A stretch of DNA of 64,000 nt from Phoronis australis (taxonomy: Eukaryota; Animalia; Phoronida). Position numbers and translations under genes: made by a program. Below the pieces are notes generated by a model. That model was not told the origin of the DNA and did no database searches. It saw only the letters and a program-made list of their open reading frames with translations. Shown here piece after piece: positions 13,532-27,100 of the stretch. Each line of letters opens with the position of its first letter. Position 1 is the stretch's first letter. The stretch covers positions 77,812-141,811 of the forward strand of contig NMRA01000772.1 of the NCBI GenBank assembly GCA_002633005.1, in the 5' to 3' direction.

Positions 13532-14242
13532 CTTGGAAATCTAAGCGAACATGCTCTCGAGGTCGTTTGCAAATGCTCGCGAGCACTAACATAAACACAG
13601 CTGTTCAGGGCGAGGGCGCTCAAATCGCTCACGGGCACTCACTCTATTGAACATGCTTCTGAAGTAATAGTGAAGTTAGTCAAGTTGGGACATCATTCTA
13701 CGGTTCTACATAACCTTACCGCAAGAGTAAACTAAGGATCATCTCAAATGGACAAAGTTTTTTGATGGGTAAATCTGAACTCATTGGGGTCTCTGGTTTT
13801 CAGTACAATAATTTTCACTTAAAATTTATCACCTGCAGCTCGTGGCGCTGTCTGTTGGTGAAATACATTGACTATCAGCCTAAACTCAGCTATTCACCAA
13901 TGACCAATAGCTTGGCTGATGAACCAGCTCATCAACCAAATTAACACACCAGCCCTTCAAAATTGGTTTAAACTTACATCAAAACTCTTAGGGTTACCTC
14001 TTGAATTGTTCCATAGTCAAAAAGAATGAGCAAAGTGTTCCCGATCACTACCAAATTCACCACATAACGTTGTTTTGAGTTCTAAACTTCATGGTTTATC
14101 TAGGTCACTTGACTGTAGTCAAGTGACCTAATTATCGGACATTTTGCAATTTAATTGAAAATACTACATCAAGTGAAATCGTTTCCTGATCACAGAATGT
14201 AGCAGATTGGCACTCTGTAAATGCTTTCTTTACCTAACTTAC

Positions 14243-14340
14243 CTCACCGCCAGTAACTCAGTGCTGTTCGGACTAGTAAAACGACAGGCCAGTCCAACAC
14301 ACAGAGCAGCAAAAGCACACCTTCAGTTTCCGGGGCTCTG
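14243..14340 (-). promoter_or_regulatory. Probable non-coding first exon and promoter of the ABHD14A-like gene
   Basis: Strong donor GAG|GTAAGT at 14243/14242. An ETS-like CCGGAAAC lies near 14326-14333. The ATG exon has its own acceptor at 7389-7391, so an upstream UTR exon is needed. The link between the two is inferred. Confidence 0.5.
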
Positions 14341-14385
14341 GAGCGCCACCTATTCAGATTTCTGAGTAACATTATGGATATCGAA

Positions 14386-14726
14386 GCTGTGCGTGAACTT
14401 GGATTCGAATATATATTGGGCAATCAGGTGAAATATTTTTGTTCTGTGTAAAGAATTTTTGTAATTATTGGCCTTATAATCACTCATTTTCTCCTTTACC
14501 ATAACTCGTGTCAAAGAATCGGAGGAATTTGTGATTGGTTAAAACAGTTATTGTTTGGTGCTGAAATTTTACGTTATTTTATTAACATATAATTTGGTTC
14601 AGTGCAGTGCAAATTTTTATCCGCGTGAACGTGATTATTTGAGTGAACTTGTCAAGTTTCCTCATGTATTCCAAGTTTATGCATAAGCGATCTTGAGATA
14701 AGCAAGATTCCAAGTTCACGCACAGC
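14386..14726. mobile_element. MITE with 18-bp terminal inverted repeats
   Basis: GCTGTGCGTGAACTTGGA (14386-14403) and its exact reverse complement (14709-14726) flank a non-coding AT-rich core. Confidence 0.7.
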
Positions 14727-15929
14727 ATCATCACTATGAATGCCCGATGGTCATCATGATGATTTTGTTTCAGTGTCGTGACTCGAGCCGGCCTTTATGT
14801 GGTAGGCCCTTGTCTAATATACATGTATATGACGTGCTCATTTCAAACCTTGCAGTACATAAACAATAAAATGAAGTGTCGAAAATTCATTCCCCAGTTC
14901 ACAATGAATAAATGAATATGTGAAATGCACGGAACTTAATCCAATGAAAAGTGCATACTCAGTAGGGGTCAGTGCCGGGAAAAGGCAGTGAAAATCCACA
15001 AAATTTGACAAGTGACTTAACTTGCAAAATGCAAAAAATTTGCGAATCCTTAAAATGCTATGAATTGGATGACCTGAGAAGAACTTTAACAAATCAATGA
15101 ATTTGTAAAGTGAAAAGAATTAATTAGTAACTCAGCGTAAAATGCCGCAAGCATGGGTGAATCCGTAAAATGCAACGTCTTATTGAACATGTAAAAAGGG
15201 ACAAATAAAATTAACCACTAATCTATATAATGGTACAAATTAATTAAGAATTTTTGAATGGATACTACGATTTTATGAGTGCAATGGATTAATGAATCCA
15301 AATAACTGATGCAACGAATTAATGCCGGAATATGTAAGTAACTGCAATTAACTGTGAATCCCGTGCGATGAATTATTGAATCGTGATCATGTTACGAACA
15401 AGTGATTACGTAATATCGTGGAAATTTATAAAAATATATAACATGCTTTTGGAAAATAGAAATATCGTAATTACGACAAATACGTGAGTAGTTGCTGGAT
15501 TTTCGAAATAACCGGCTGTAACTGTGTATTGCATGCTTCAACATCATAGTTCCTGGAATTCCACTGATGTACAGTAGTCTGTACCCTGCATGTCTTTGTT
15601 TATTTTATTTGCATCCACTTCAAACATGCACTGAGACTGTTTCATACATGACAGTGGAGACATAACTAGGCGAAATAGATCGGAGACTTCAGTCACAAGA
15701 CAGCACCAAAATACCCCAGAAGCATTGAAATTACTATGTATGTACTCACAGTACACAATGCCCTTCAATTAACTATTAGTAACATTTACACATGCAATCA
15801 CTAATTGGTTATTCGTTTTATGTTATGTCAGTGTCTGTTTCATTAGATTTTGGCACCAGGATACTTTATACCTTTTTGGTATTAAATGGCTTAACGACAA
15901 GAAAGAGTTTCCAATATGCCAAAAAAGGC

Positions 15930-16181
15930 TCGCACACAGCTTAAAATATGGTTGGGTCTAATTTTTGGTGTGCGGACCTTTTACTGAAAAAAATCAACGA
16001 AGACCAAGAAAAAAACGTGGCCACTAGGTTCAGGCCTACGGATTGTTCATCCCCGCCGAATTCCTGTGGGCTTTGTGGATTTTTGTCTCGTTTACTCGGA
16101 CTGAAGCGGACCTTTTTGCCCAAATTTGTCAAACTGGGGAGCTCGTTTGAGCCCCCGAGCCCCCCCCGGGTGCGTTCATGC
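15930..16181. mobile_element. Dispersed MITE-like repeat (family also at 59582-59839)
   Basis: Shares GCGGACCTTTTTGCCCA...GCTCGTT(T/C)GAG...CCCCGAG...CCCCGGGTGC...CATG with 59582-59839. Confidence 0.65.
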
Positions 16182-18650
16182 CAAGCAGTGAACAATAATT
16201 TGCCTACATGAAATTAAATTCTATCTGAGGCAGAATGCTCGTCACACACAGAAGAGGATCAGACGTACTCGTTAAAATGTTGGTTCTATAATCGCAAAAA
16301 GTAACCCAAACACGCGATGATAATAGGAAAACGTGGCAAAATCCAAAAGAATTTACCATCTCTCACTAAGTCTAGATCAAATATAAAATCGTACTTGTGT
16401 TCGATTCTGGTGAGAGCATTACAGCAAGTTAAAGTATATACCCTTACCATGGACTTAAAAGTGGCAATCCCAGGCAGTCTGCAAAAGTTGAACTCTGGTA
16501 TTTTTAATGAACAGTTTGGTTGTGGTAAAAAGCCCATTTATTCCGTAAAATTTAAACGGACTAAACAGAAAGGAAAGATCAAAATTTTAAAAAAAACAAC
16601 GCTTTACCAATGTTTACATATATCTGAGATTAAAAAAAAATATTTAATAAGCTAGAGATGTCATTTAAAATCTTATTGTTGAAGAAAAAGAAGAATACCC
16701 TACTCTATATGAAACTTGAACCAATCAGATTATCCACTCATAAAAATAAGCCCCTTAAGACAGAGCCAGAATATTCTCATTAACATCTAACTTGTGCAGT
16801 ACAACCGTGTAATGTTGTTATAACTTTGAATTTGTTTGAGTTTGTTTTGGTCCATTGATCTTCGTGTCATCACTCTAAAATCCTCGGCCATATGTTGCTG
16901 CCATTTTCAAATTAGCGTTGTTGTTACTAAGTTGTTTCTTTATTGAATACTGTCATGAAATCCATGTTCATTTTCAAATTACTTTTAAGGTAGCACGTAG
17001 CATAGTACTATTTAGCTAACAGATTTCAGACAATAATTGTCTTTGTTAACTTGTTTTGTTTTATACGAGCAAGTCCCTTCCAGTATTCACACCATGTTTT
17101 GTTTATTTCTGTAGTAAACATGCTCACCTTCGGTTCATTCATATATAAAGCATTGCAAGAGACAAGATGATCATTAACACATGTGGCAGAAAAAGTGGTA
17201 GCTGCTTTCTGTATGACTTCGCAGGAGTGAGATATCGGTTAAAATACAACAGAATGAAAAAAAATGTTGAGCGTTACCTAAACAGGAACATCGGAGCTTA
17301 CATGTACAATCACCAGCTGTGGTGATTGGTGCTGTCCTGTTCCCAGCATATTTCTATGTACTGGCTTTCGGGGACCCAAATGAGACTTAAAGTAAGTATG
17401 CGCAGAATTTGACTGCTCGAAGGCAAACACATTTCCTTTATATGTGCCGAATAATGTCTCACGCATTCTCTGTGCAAATTGTCATTAATAATGTCGTGAA
17501 GACGACTAACAAACAAAAAGTATCTCATTTAATGCCATTAAAAGAGTGCGACTTCGTGGAAAAAAATAACCAGCCTTCTGAATTTCTACGGCACTCTAAC
17601 TTTAAAATCCGATGTTTCACCAAAAAGGAGATTTTTCAAAAGTATTTTTGTATAAAACTAATTTTTACGGTTCTTGAGCTCAGCTGAAGAATATAAAAGG
17701 CATTGAAAACTAGATTTTATCAACAAAAGTTTTATGCATAATATTTAAAAACAGCAAAAGTATATTATCTTACCTCGCTCACTTTTGACGGTTTGGTAGC
17801 AATCGTTTCGTGTTTCGGCTTCCACTAACCGTTCGATGTTTTGACCGGGCCAACCGGGAATCATCCGACGATTAAGTCACCACTTGGAATTCATACAATA
17901 ATTCCGTTGGTCCAATGTCCACATTTGTGGACAGCTTAGCAACTGCCACCAACTTCAGGAAATTCTGCGATTGTTTTGTTTCTTGTCCTACTCACTATTA
18001 TTCATTTACATGAATGACACAAGTGACCAAACTAAGCCAACTTACACATGCAAATACAGTATCATTACTCAAGTAAAATAGTTCGCAGTATATTATATAC
18101 CTGTCAAAATATTATATCCACTGTTACGAAAGTAAAATCAAGTTCTAAACAGTGTACGAACGAAAGTAATTTTAAAATGTTTGAAATAAAAAACTAGGAT
18201 ATTTACTGACAATTTCTACAACTTTTGTATTCATACACCGCCTTCATATCAACTGGTCATTTTGTAAAATCATAAGTATTGGGTGTAGAAAAAAATTTCG
18301 ATATTATGTAATACCCTGTTTCTTATACTGTTCTTGTTTTTTCTAACGAAAAGTCTTCAAATAGTTCATAAAAATAATTTATCTAGTGCACAGAATAATA
18401 GGCCTGGCAGCTAACGGCTTGTGGCTAGGTGTCAAGTTCCAATGTTTACTATTTCTACTACTAGTGACAACAGGGGGTTGGTAAGTTGATACTTTCTAGG
18501 TTATAAACAGAACCTGAGTATGAGGGTTGTACTCATGTAGCTGGAGACCAGGCGAGCTTTTCTCATGGATACTATGGACATTTTGTTTTATAATATCGTT
18601 GTCAACTTCGTGTGATTGAAAATATTCTCATTCATGTAACTGCTAAAAAT

Positions 18651-18967
18651 TCTGCCGCTCTGCCGCTCTGCCGCTCTGCCGCTCTGCCGCTCTGCCTCTG
18701 GTCTTGTGCCGTCTCCGCCACCGGGTGGCTGGTCTTGTGCCGTCTCCGCCACCGGTCTTCAGGGAGCTNGCTGGTCTGGTGCCGTTTCCAGGTTGCTGGT
18801 CTCCAGGTGGCTGGTCTTGTGCCGTCTCCGCCACCGGGTTGCTGGTCTTGTGCCGTCTCCGCCACCGGTCTTCAGGTTGCTGGTCTTGTGCAGTCTCCGC
18901 CACCGGTCTTCAGGTTGCTGGTCTTCTGCCGTCTCCGCCACCGGTCTTCAGGTTGTTGGTCTTCTGT
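18651..18967. repeat. (TCTGCCGC)5 followed by a 29-38-bp GC-rich minisatellite
   Basis: Unit TGCTGGTCTTGTGCCGTCTCCGCCACCGGTCTTCAGGT in about 7 variable copies. It explains the overlapping low-complexity ORFs. A single N lies at 18769. Confidence 0.9.
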
Positions 18968-19041
18968 CGTCTCCACTGGGAATCGAACCACTGCCCTTCA
19001 GATTGCTGGTCTTCTGATGTATCCACTGAGCCACTGAGGAC
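18968..19041 (-). pseudogene. tRNA-Ala(AGC)-like sequence (tRNA pseudogene or SINE head)
   Basis: Minus strand GTCCTCAGTGGCTCAGTGGATACATCAGAAGACCAGCAATCTGAAGGGCAGTGGTTCGATTCCCAGTGGAGACG. It has A box TGGCTCAGTGG, B box GGTTCGATTCC, 6/7 acceptor-stem pairs, AGC at the anticodon position, and imperfect D and anticodon stems. Confidence 0.65.
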
Positions 19042-21166
19042 TCGATATCTGTGGAATTTCTTTTTGCATCCGTCTGTTGTGTCATACATCCTACGAGCGA
19101 CGTTTCTCCTTTTTGCTCAATATTTGGCCAATTATTTAATCAGCATTTTAGAAGATTACTGAGACTAGCAATATATAGACCTGTGGATCTACTCCCAGTT
19201 GGGGTTTCCGATTTTCCTGAGTTTATTTGATACATTTCACTATTGGCCAACCTTAGCGTAAAAAATATGTTACTTTTTTACCATAGTATCACAAGAATAG
19301 CATTTCTTTTAAAGATCGTCACAAGCAGTTGCTTGTAAGAAATTTGCACATGTTGAACAGGGTGCCGGGCTAGAATTTGTGATGACTGTGTCCATATAGG
19401 CTACTCACAACCATAAACAGTTTTCAGCGTTTTTTGGACTTCAACTTTAGCTCGTAAACCGTTATTGTAAAGAATAAGCAATTGTGAACATAGTCTGTTG
19501 CGTCACCGGCGTCAGTATTCAGCGATTGTTGCCGGGACATTGATAGGTAAATGAGCTTGTGCTGGCCGGGTGCATTCAAATGTTCGACCTGGATGCGGCA
19601 GTCGAGAGCCAGTCGTGACACAGTGTAGACGTGTCTAAAAGCTGTTTAGAGAAAATGGAACATTTGTGTCGACAGTGAAGTCTTGTGACATTCAGCGGAC
19701 AAAGTGAGGACTGCAAGACGATGGTGTTTTAAGTCGGATGCTAAGAGGAAGGCACTGACCACAAGTGCACTGTGCACGAACTGTTGAAATCTCAAGCTGG
19801 CTCAGTAATATTAGTTTGGGTGCCACATGGAGAGTGGTCGACCCAGTTATCAAACTTATTAGCGTTTGTGTGTAAACGTTTGTTATTTTCAGAAGCTTCA
19901 TTAAATATTGTTTCTTTTAAACTAAATTTTTTTCTGCTCAATTGTCTGTGGCAGCTTGGCCTGGCCCGCCTACGTGGCTTACGATCCTATGGCCGCGCTG
20001 ACCTTTGCACCTATTGAATAAATAATATGACACTTTATAAAATTTATAGATGGCTCCAGGTACTTGAAAAGTTTCGAAGTTGAAAGTTGAATCGTTTGAG
20101 TCACATGGTGAATGAAAATGTCCTAATTTCAGCGGAAAAATGCACCCCATTCTTGCACCAAAGGCCTGAAACTTTAGAATTTAACTCAATTACATGTTAG
20201 TGTACCAATCAAACGCTTGAATTTGAAGTGTCTAGCTCAAAATCTGATTGAACCACCGGATTGCTTAGAAAAGTAATGCCTTTGATCTGCCTGTAGAATT
20301 ACACCTGTACAGGGATATTGAAAAGTATTCCTTGAAAAATGTAGGAGAAATAACATTTTGAAAATTAGATGTCCTTTGCACCTATTGACCTCTTCCTATG
20401 CATAATGAGTTAATATTATAGTATATTTTATAAAAAATATAATAAAAAAATTATGAAAACCCGGAATAACCTACGCCTAGACTAAATATTAAAATTATTC
20501 ACTTACATTCTAACTTCACAAGAACAACAACTCTATGAAATAAATAAACAGGCTTTATTTTCATCTAAAACAATAAAGTAGAAAATTCAAAAGCAAAAAA
20601 AGTACAAATTATTTAAAATAACTGGACCAAAATACCAAATATCACATGATAAAATAAAGCCCTAAAGCAAACGTGAATTACAAAGTATTTTGAAGACCAA
20701 ACAAATCAAGTATGGTAAACATCATTAAGCATGGAGATCACTGGTTCATAACAGGAAGTAGTTTTGAAGTGAACATGTCAGACTTTATTCTCAAAACTTC
20801 CTTCAATTCCACACATCATATATATATATTGCCCGGATCTTATAATATAAAAGTAAAACATGAAATTATCCAAAGTAGTAATTGTATCTCCACGTCTTAA
20901 TGTCCATTTCCCAGAATCAGAAAAATTGTTGAAGGACCTTCTGCTGTTGGCAAGAGGGAAAACTACTGCGATGATAAATTCCGCCTCTGCCCTGCTGTCA
21001 TGACAGGGAATTCTGGGACATTTGTCTGAATACTTTTGGCTTGTACTGTATGTTCTCCATTCAAGAGACCACGTAGCAAGAAGCTTCAAACTGGTGTTGT
21101 ACTTCATCTACAGATGCTTGGTTTCCTTCCAAACTGTTGAGTGTTCACTGAACAATATGCAGCGCA

Positions 21167-24100
21167 TCACTTGTCAATGAGGGTTCCCTTCACCCGGATC
21201 TTTTTAGCTTCCTCACTCTGAAAGAAATAGACTAGCTTTAGCAAGACACAGGGACTTGGTTTATACAAAGCGAGGAAACCCGTGCCTGTGATTTTAGGGG
21301 AAGGAGTACAAACTCCACTTTAAGAAGAAGAACCAGTGAAGATCTAAAACCATACGATCACCACTTGATGATTTATTATAACTTCAAGTGCCACCATGCA
21401 ATTTGTATATGACTTTAAGAACAATTTTCAACATTTTTTTTGAAAACTCACTCATGGTGTTTGTGTGCAGATGGCCTGTTCTAAACTGTTTTCAAAAATA
21501 ACCTGGTTTAAAGTTTACAAATCTTGTTGTGAACAGTTGAAAACCGGATCTAAAAGTCACAACTGTTTACCGTAATACAGTTATAACCCTCTGGGAGGAT
21601 GGTTAACCAAGCATTTGGAAATGTTTTAACCAGAAGTGAACTGTCAGCACAGTTGTATAAGTTATAACCCTTTGTATATATGAAAGGAATTCAATGGCAT
21701 TGACATCTAGCGATTAAAACAAGGAATTTTCGTTTTAACTGTTACAACTCATCGTGTGAACAGCAGCAATTAAATACAAGTAAGTGTCGTAAGTGTGGAA
21801 AAGTTCTAATCTAGTTTAGTTGGTCTGAACACAACATACGCGAACGCTTGACAGGTGGCGCTAGTTAAGAGAACTAGCTTCAGGTCAAAGAAACGTTCAC
21901 ACTACTCTTCACAAGGTGTTGGATTAGCTAATGCTCTTGACCATCTCACACACGCCTCACACCTCTCTAGATACATGGCCCTCACTGCCCAACCTCAGTG
22001 CTCGTGCAAACCACACGTGAATAACGCCTCAAACTAATACAAATACCTCTTCTTCTATTTTCCTCTTCAGTAACCCTTTCCTCAACATCTGTTTTTCAAT
22101 CACCTTGGCATTAGCCGCATACGAGTCGGCAATCTCTTTCTGAAAGCAAGCCGTAATATATCAATTATTACCCCAAGGGTTTGTGTGTGCGTGCGTGTGT
22201 ATGAGTATGAGAATGCGTGCCTGCTTTGGTGCACGTTTTGATGCATGTGTGTGTGCGATAACAGCTGATTTGCAGCAATAACATTTGGTTTGCAGGACAA
22301 TAGTAATTTCTTAAGGGCAAAAGGTTAATGTAATGACCGACCACGAGGGGACGTTTTACAGCAGAATCTTACCTAATTTAGGACACACTACAGGCGCCAT
22401 CTGAAATTCTATTTTCTAATTTTTCACATAAAATATAGATCATCATATTTACACTTTACCATGTTCAAGATTTGTTTGATATCTACCAGCATGCAAAGTT
22501 TTGAAAAATTCTGGGCACTCACAACTATTAAGTAAGAAGATCAGAAGCAATGAGAAAGAGGCTAAATCTGCAATTTTTATCATTTTTGGCCAAAATTGGT
22601 GAGATTTTACAATGAGTATTAAAAGTTCCTGAATTTTGAAATAAAAAAACATCATAAAAAAAGAAAATGAACAAGTAGGTTTACCAATATTTGAACTGTT
22701 TCAATCATTCCAAGACACAGAGTGGCATGAGGTGCTGAGGGACCATTCACAAATATCGCCATTTTCATGAGTGTGCAAAACTTTGTTTAACAAGATTTAA
22801 TAGATGTTCTCTAAAAATCAAATATTCCTGGAATTGTTTTGAAAATGACAGTTAAAATTCAACACATCTCGTCTGCTCATTTTAATAGTCCAGGTCATCT
22901 TTGGCTCATCAACGATGGGGAAAGAAAAAGGAGACGATAAAATCAGTGAAAAGTTACTTCAACGTAAACGTGTCTTCATTTACAAGGGTTGCTACAAAAC
23001 TCGCATCAACTCCATCGTCGCAGGAAGGGAGCACGAGAGGAACAAGCGCACTCCAAATGGAAACATTCAAAGGGGGCAAACATTTCATTTAAGAAGTGTC
23101 AGGTGTCACTTCAAGCTGCCCTTGAACGGATGTTTATTATTTTAGATGTGTCGGGCTATCCAGATGATCTCAACTATACTTTTAAGTAAAAGCAACATAG
23201 GATAACACCATACAAAACTTGAAATTTTGGTTTATAAGGGCAACGACAGAGATTTTTTTGTCATGACCCAAGAACTTAACTGTAAAAATGAAGGCTTCAC
23301 AACACTGAGCCGAATTCTCGAGCAAAAAAGCCTCAACAGAAAATTCAAAGCACACCACTGTAACAAACCAAAAACAAGAAATTACAACAAGTTTCCTGTA
23401 AAACACTTCATGCTGATGCTTCTCCAAATGCGAAACCAGGTTTTACTACTCATCATGGAGCATTTAATTCAGATAACATTCAAAACAATATCCAAGTGAA
23501 TATTTTGTTTAGGGAAGATTTTGGAAAGACTATATGCCCCCCTCAACCAAGAGATAAAGCAAGAATATAAACCTGAATAAGCCTGGATACCTACCGCTTC
23601 TAACTCGTCCTCCTCATCTTCTATGGTTGACACGGTGACAGAGCTGAACTTGCCCATCTCTTTTGTGTGTTTCTTAACCATCACCTGCATGATAACACAC
23701 ACACACATGTATGACAAATGTCTGTATCACCGTTGTACCTTTATGACGTTACGATACAAAACCCATTCAACACAAAACAGGCAGAATACATTGCAAATAC
23801 ACAGCTGATACAAAGGTAATTGATCGTGAGCATTACAGGTTCGGTGTGTCATCAGTGACCCATTGGACACAGAGTGTGACAACTACATTATTACCACCAT
23901 CGCGTTTTTCTTGCAAGACACAAATTTACAAGCATACTCGGGTTGAAGTTGAATGCAAAGCAAACTTAATGGTAGCTTAAGATTATGTAGGACCCTCGAA
24001 AAATGGCAAAATTTGGCAAATTGTAGAACACCGTGTCTTAGAAAGGCCACTTATATACACCGTGCTCTGTGCATTGTATTCTAAATACGTTGTAAGCAAT

Positions 24101-27100
24101 TATTTTTAAAACTTTCCACTTTTGCATCAGGGGCTATCAAAAATAGGCCTTTTATGATTTTTTGAAAAAACTCCAAATTGACATCAAATGAAAATGAAAT
24201 AATTTCGAAAACTGTAACAGCGTTTTTGAGATGTCATGTCATGTGTCAGGTGTCGTGTCCTACGACAAAGATATGACACATGTATTCAAAGAACACATAC
24301 CTTCTTTGGTTCAGCTATTTGACTGTAAACATTGGTCTGCATGTGACCTTCACCTTGTTTCTTCAGAGAACCAGCGACAATAAAAGTCACAGAGGCACCT
24401 TTTTCCTGGTGCTGGTAAAACAACCATAGTCCACATTTCTTGCACTTTTTGCGATACTGACGCTCAATACCCTTAAGTCTGTAATCAAAGTATGTTACAG
24501 TGCTAACATAAACTGAATGGTTTAACATCATTATAGAATGTTTCTTTAAGTTCCACACACTATTCTAAGTTGGTCTTTCTAGCATCTAGAATTGAAATAA
24601 TTATTGGTATTACGGTGTGTACAACGATCAACCAAATTGAATAACATTTTAATAATTTACAAAAAGTCTTTACACAAGAAACAATATTTATTTGAATTGA
24701 TGTTATGTTTTGTAACACAATATCAAACGCCACACAATGAAAGATTTTTGTGTAGTCGCCAACGATCATTTTAGAAAAATGTGGGTATGGGCCAGTTAAC
24801 CCACACGACCTCGAGTCTATGGGCCAATTTGGAGGACCTATGGAGCATGGTAGTCTTTTGTCTTTGTTTGCTTCAATTTTAATGGGCCTGTTGACCAAGC
24901 TAAGCAATCACAGTGCATCAATGAAAGTAATCCTGTGCCAATGGCACAGCGTACGGCCCTTAAATTATCCCTGAGCTACATAAAAGTGACAACGTATCAT
25001 ATATGTATACATATAAGTTGTGAAACTTCAACTGGTAATCAGTGGCAACTGAGCAATACCTTTTTAAATGTATGGTTTCATCAACATCACAGGTGAGTTT
25101 GTGGGCATGCTTTTGTCTGTCAATCACTCTTGCATTGTCCCGCCTTCTTAAGGGAAGTTTCTCCAGTGGGCAATCTAAAATGCAAATGTTAAAGGTATGC
25201 TTATTTAGTCTGGACAACATCTTCAACATACAACACAGGTCTCAAAGTGCATGGTGGTAAAAAAATGTCATCTTAATTCATGTTTAGGTATCAAGAAGCA
25301 AGGGATAGGACTGAATGAGGCAAACACTCCTATATACTTAAAGATGTTGAGGAGCTTTGCAAACATGGCGAAACTGTGCATCAATGAGTATAAAATTTGT
25401 TTTCACAGCTGCAAATCTGACTAGGATAAGCTGATAAAAGTGCCTGTGCTGTACTGTGGCACTATTGCTACCAATAGTACCAATGAAGTCGGAATACCTG
25501 CTGACAAACATGTAGTAATTGCTGAGATTACAAGACCCAGGAGTCCAACCAGCGACCCTGAGTGACTAACAGAGGCTCATATGATTCACAGGAAGCACGT
25601 ATACAAAATCCGGCAGCCTACGGAACAGGCGCGTGACCAGGAAGGTGAACTGTGAACATGAGATTGTCTCGCATACAGGTCATCAATTTCCCTTGGCATG
25701 TTTACCACCACAACCATAGGCGGATTTAGCGGGGGCCCGGGCTCCCCACCTTGACTGCCACAAAAAAAACAGCAAGAGCGTAGGGAAGTGTTGAGTTTAT
25801 TAATTAACCCCGGTAATTAAAATTATACGGCTGAAACAAGATTTAAATGTGTGCAGTTTTAGTGTTTGGGGGGTGGGCTCAGATCCAATTTCAAGTGTCA
25901 AATTTGGAACACGGCGCAATCCTAACAGAATTATGGCTAAGTAGGCCTATAGGCTCTCCTGCGATATCTCAGGCGACCGGCAGTGGCGCTGGGCACNGAG
26001 CAATACCTTTTTAAATGTATGGTTTCATCAACATCACAGGTGAGTTTGTGGGCATGCTTTTGTCTGTCAATCACTCTTGCATTGTCCCGCCTTCTTAAGG
26101 GAAGTTTCTCCAGTGGGCAATCTAAAATGCAAATGTTAAAGGTATGCTTATTTAGTCTGGACAACATCTTCAACATACAACACAGGTCTCAAAGTGCATG
26201 GTGGTAAAAAAATCTCATCTTAATTCATGTTTAGGTATCAAGAAGCAAGGGATAGGACTGAATGAGGCAAACACTCCTATATACTTAAAGATGTTGAGGA
26301 GCTTTGCAAACATGGCGAAACTGTGCATCAATGAGTATAAAATTTGTTTTCACAGCTGCAAATCTGACTAGGATAAGCTGATAAAAGTGCCTGTGCTGTA
26401 CTGTGGCACAGCACAGCACTATTGCTACCAATAGTACCAATGAAGTCGGAACACCTGCAGACAAACATGTAGTAATTGCTGAGATTACAAGACCCACGAA
26501 TCCAACCAGTGACCCTGAGTGACTAACAGAGGCTCATATGATTCACAGGAAGCACGTTTACAACATCCGGAAGCCTACGGAACAGGGGCATGACCAGGAA
26601 GGTGAACTGTGAACATGAGATTGTCTCGCATACAGGTCATCAACTTCCCTTGGCAAGTTTAACACCACCACAACCATAGGGGCCTGGGCTCCCCCCCTTG
26701 ACTGCCGCAAAAAAAAAATAAAACAGCAAGAGCGTAGGGAAATGTTGAATTTATTGATTAACCCCGTTAATTAAAATTATACGGATGAAACAACATTTAA
26801 ATGTGTGCAGTTTTAGTGTTTGGGAGGTGGGCTCAGATCCAATTTCAAGTGTCAAATTTGGAACACGGCGCAATCGTAACACAATTATGGCTAAGTAGGC
26901 CTATCGCCTATAGGCTCTCCTGCAATATCTCAGGTGACCGGCAGTGGCGCTGGGCACTATGACTCCGTTTCTGTCGTCTGCTCCACTGTGCAATGACGAA
27001 AATTACTTCATTTTTTAATGAAATAGGAATCTTTGTGATGATGAAAAAACAGAAGCTGCTGGTAAGATGTCAATTGTAATCGAAGCCTTAGTGAATCACT

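Noticed and set aside
18612-19162. Six overlapping ORFs with repetitive translations; the array could be mistaken for a CRISPR
   Set aside because: They are products of a stop-free GC-rich minisatellite. Units are contiguous with no unique spacers, there are no cas genes, and the context is eukaryotic.
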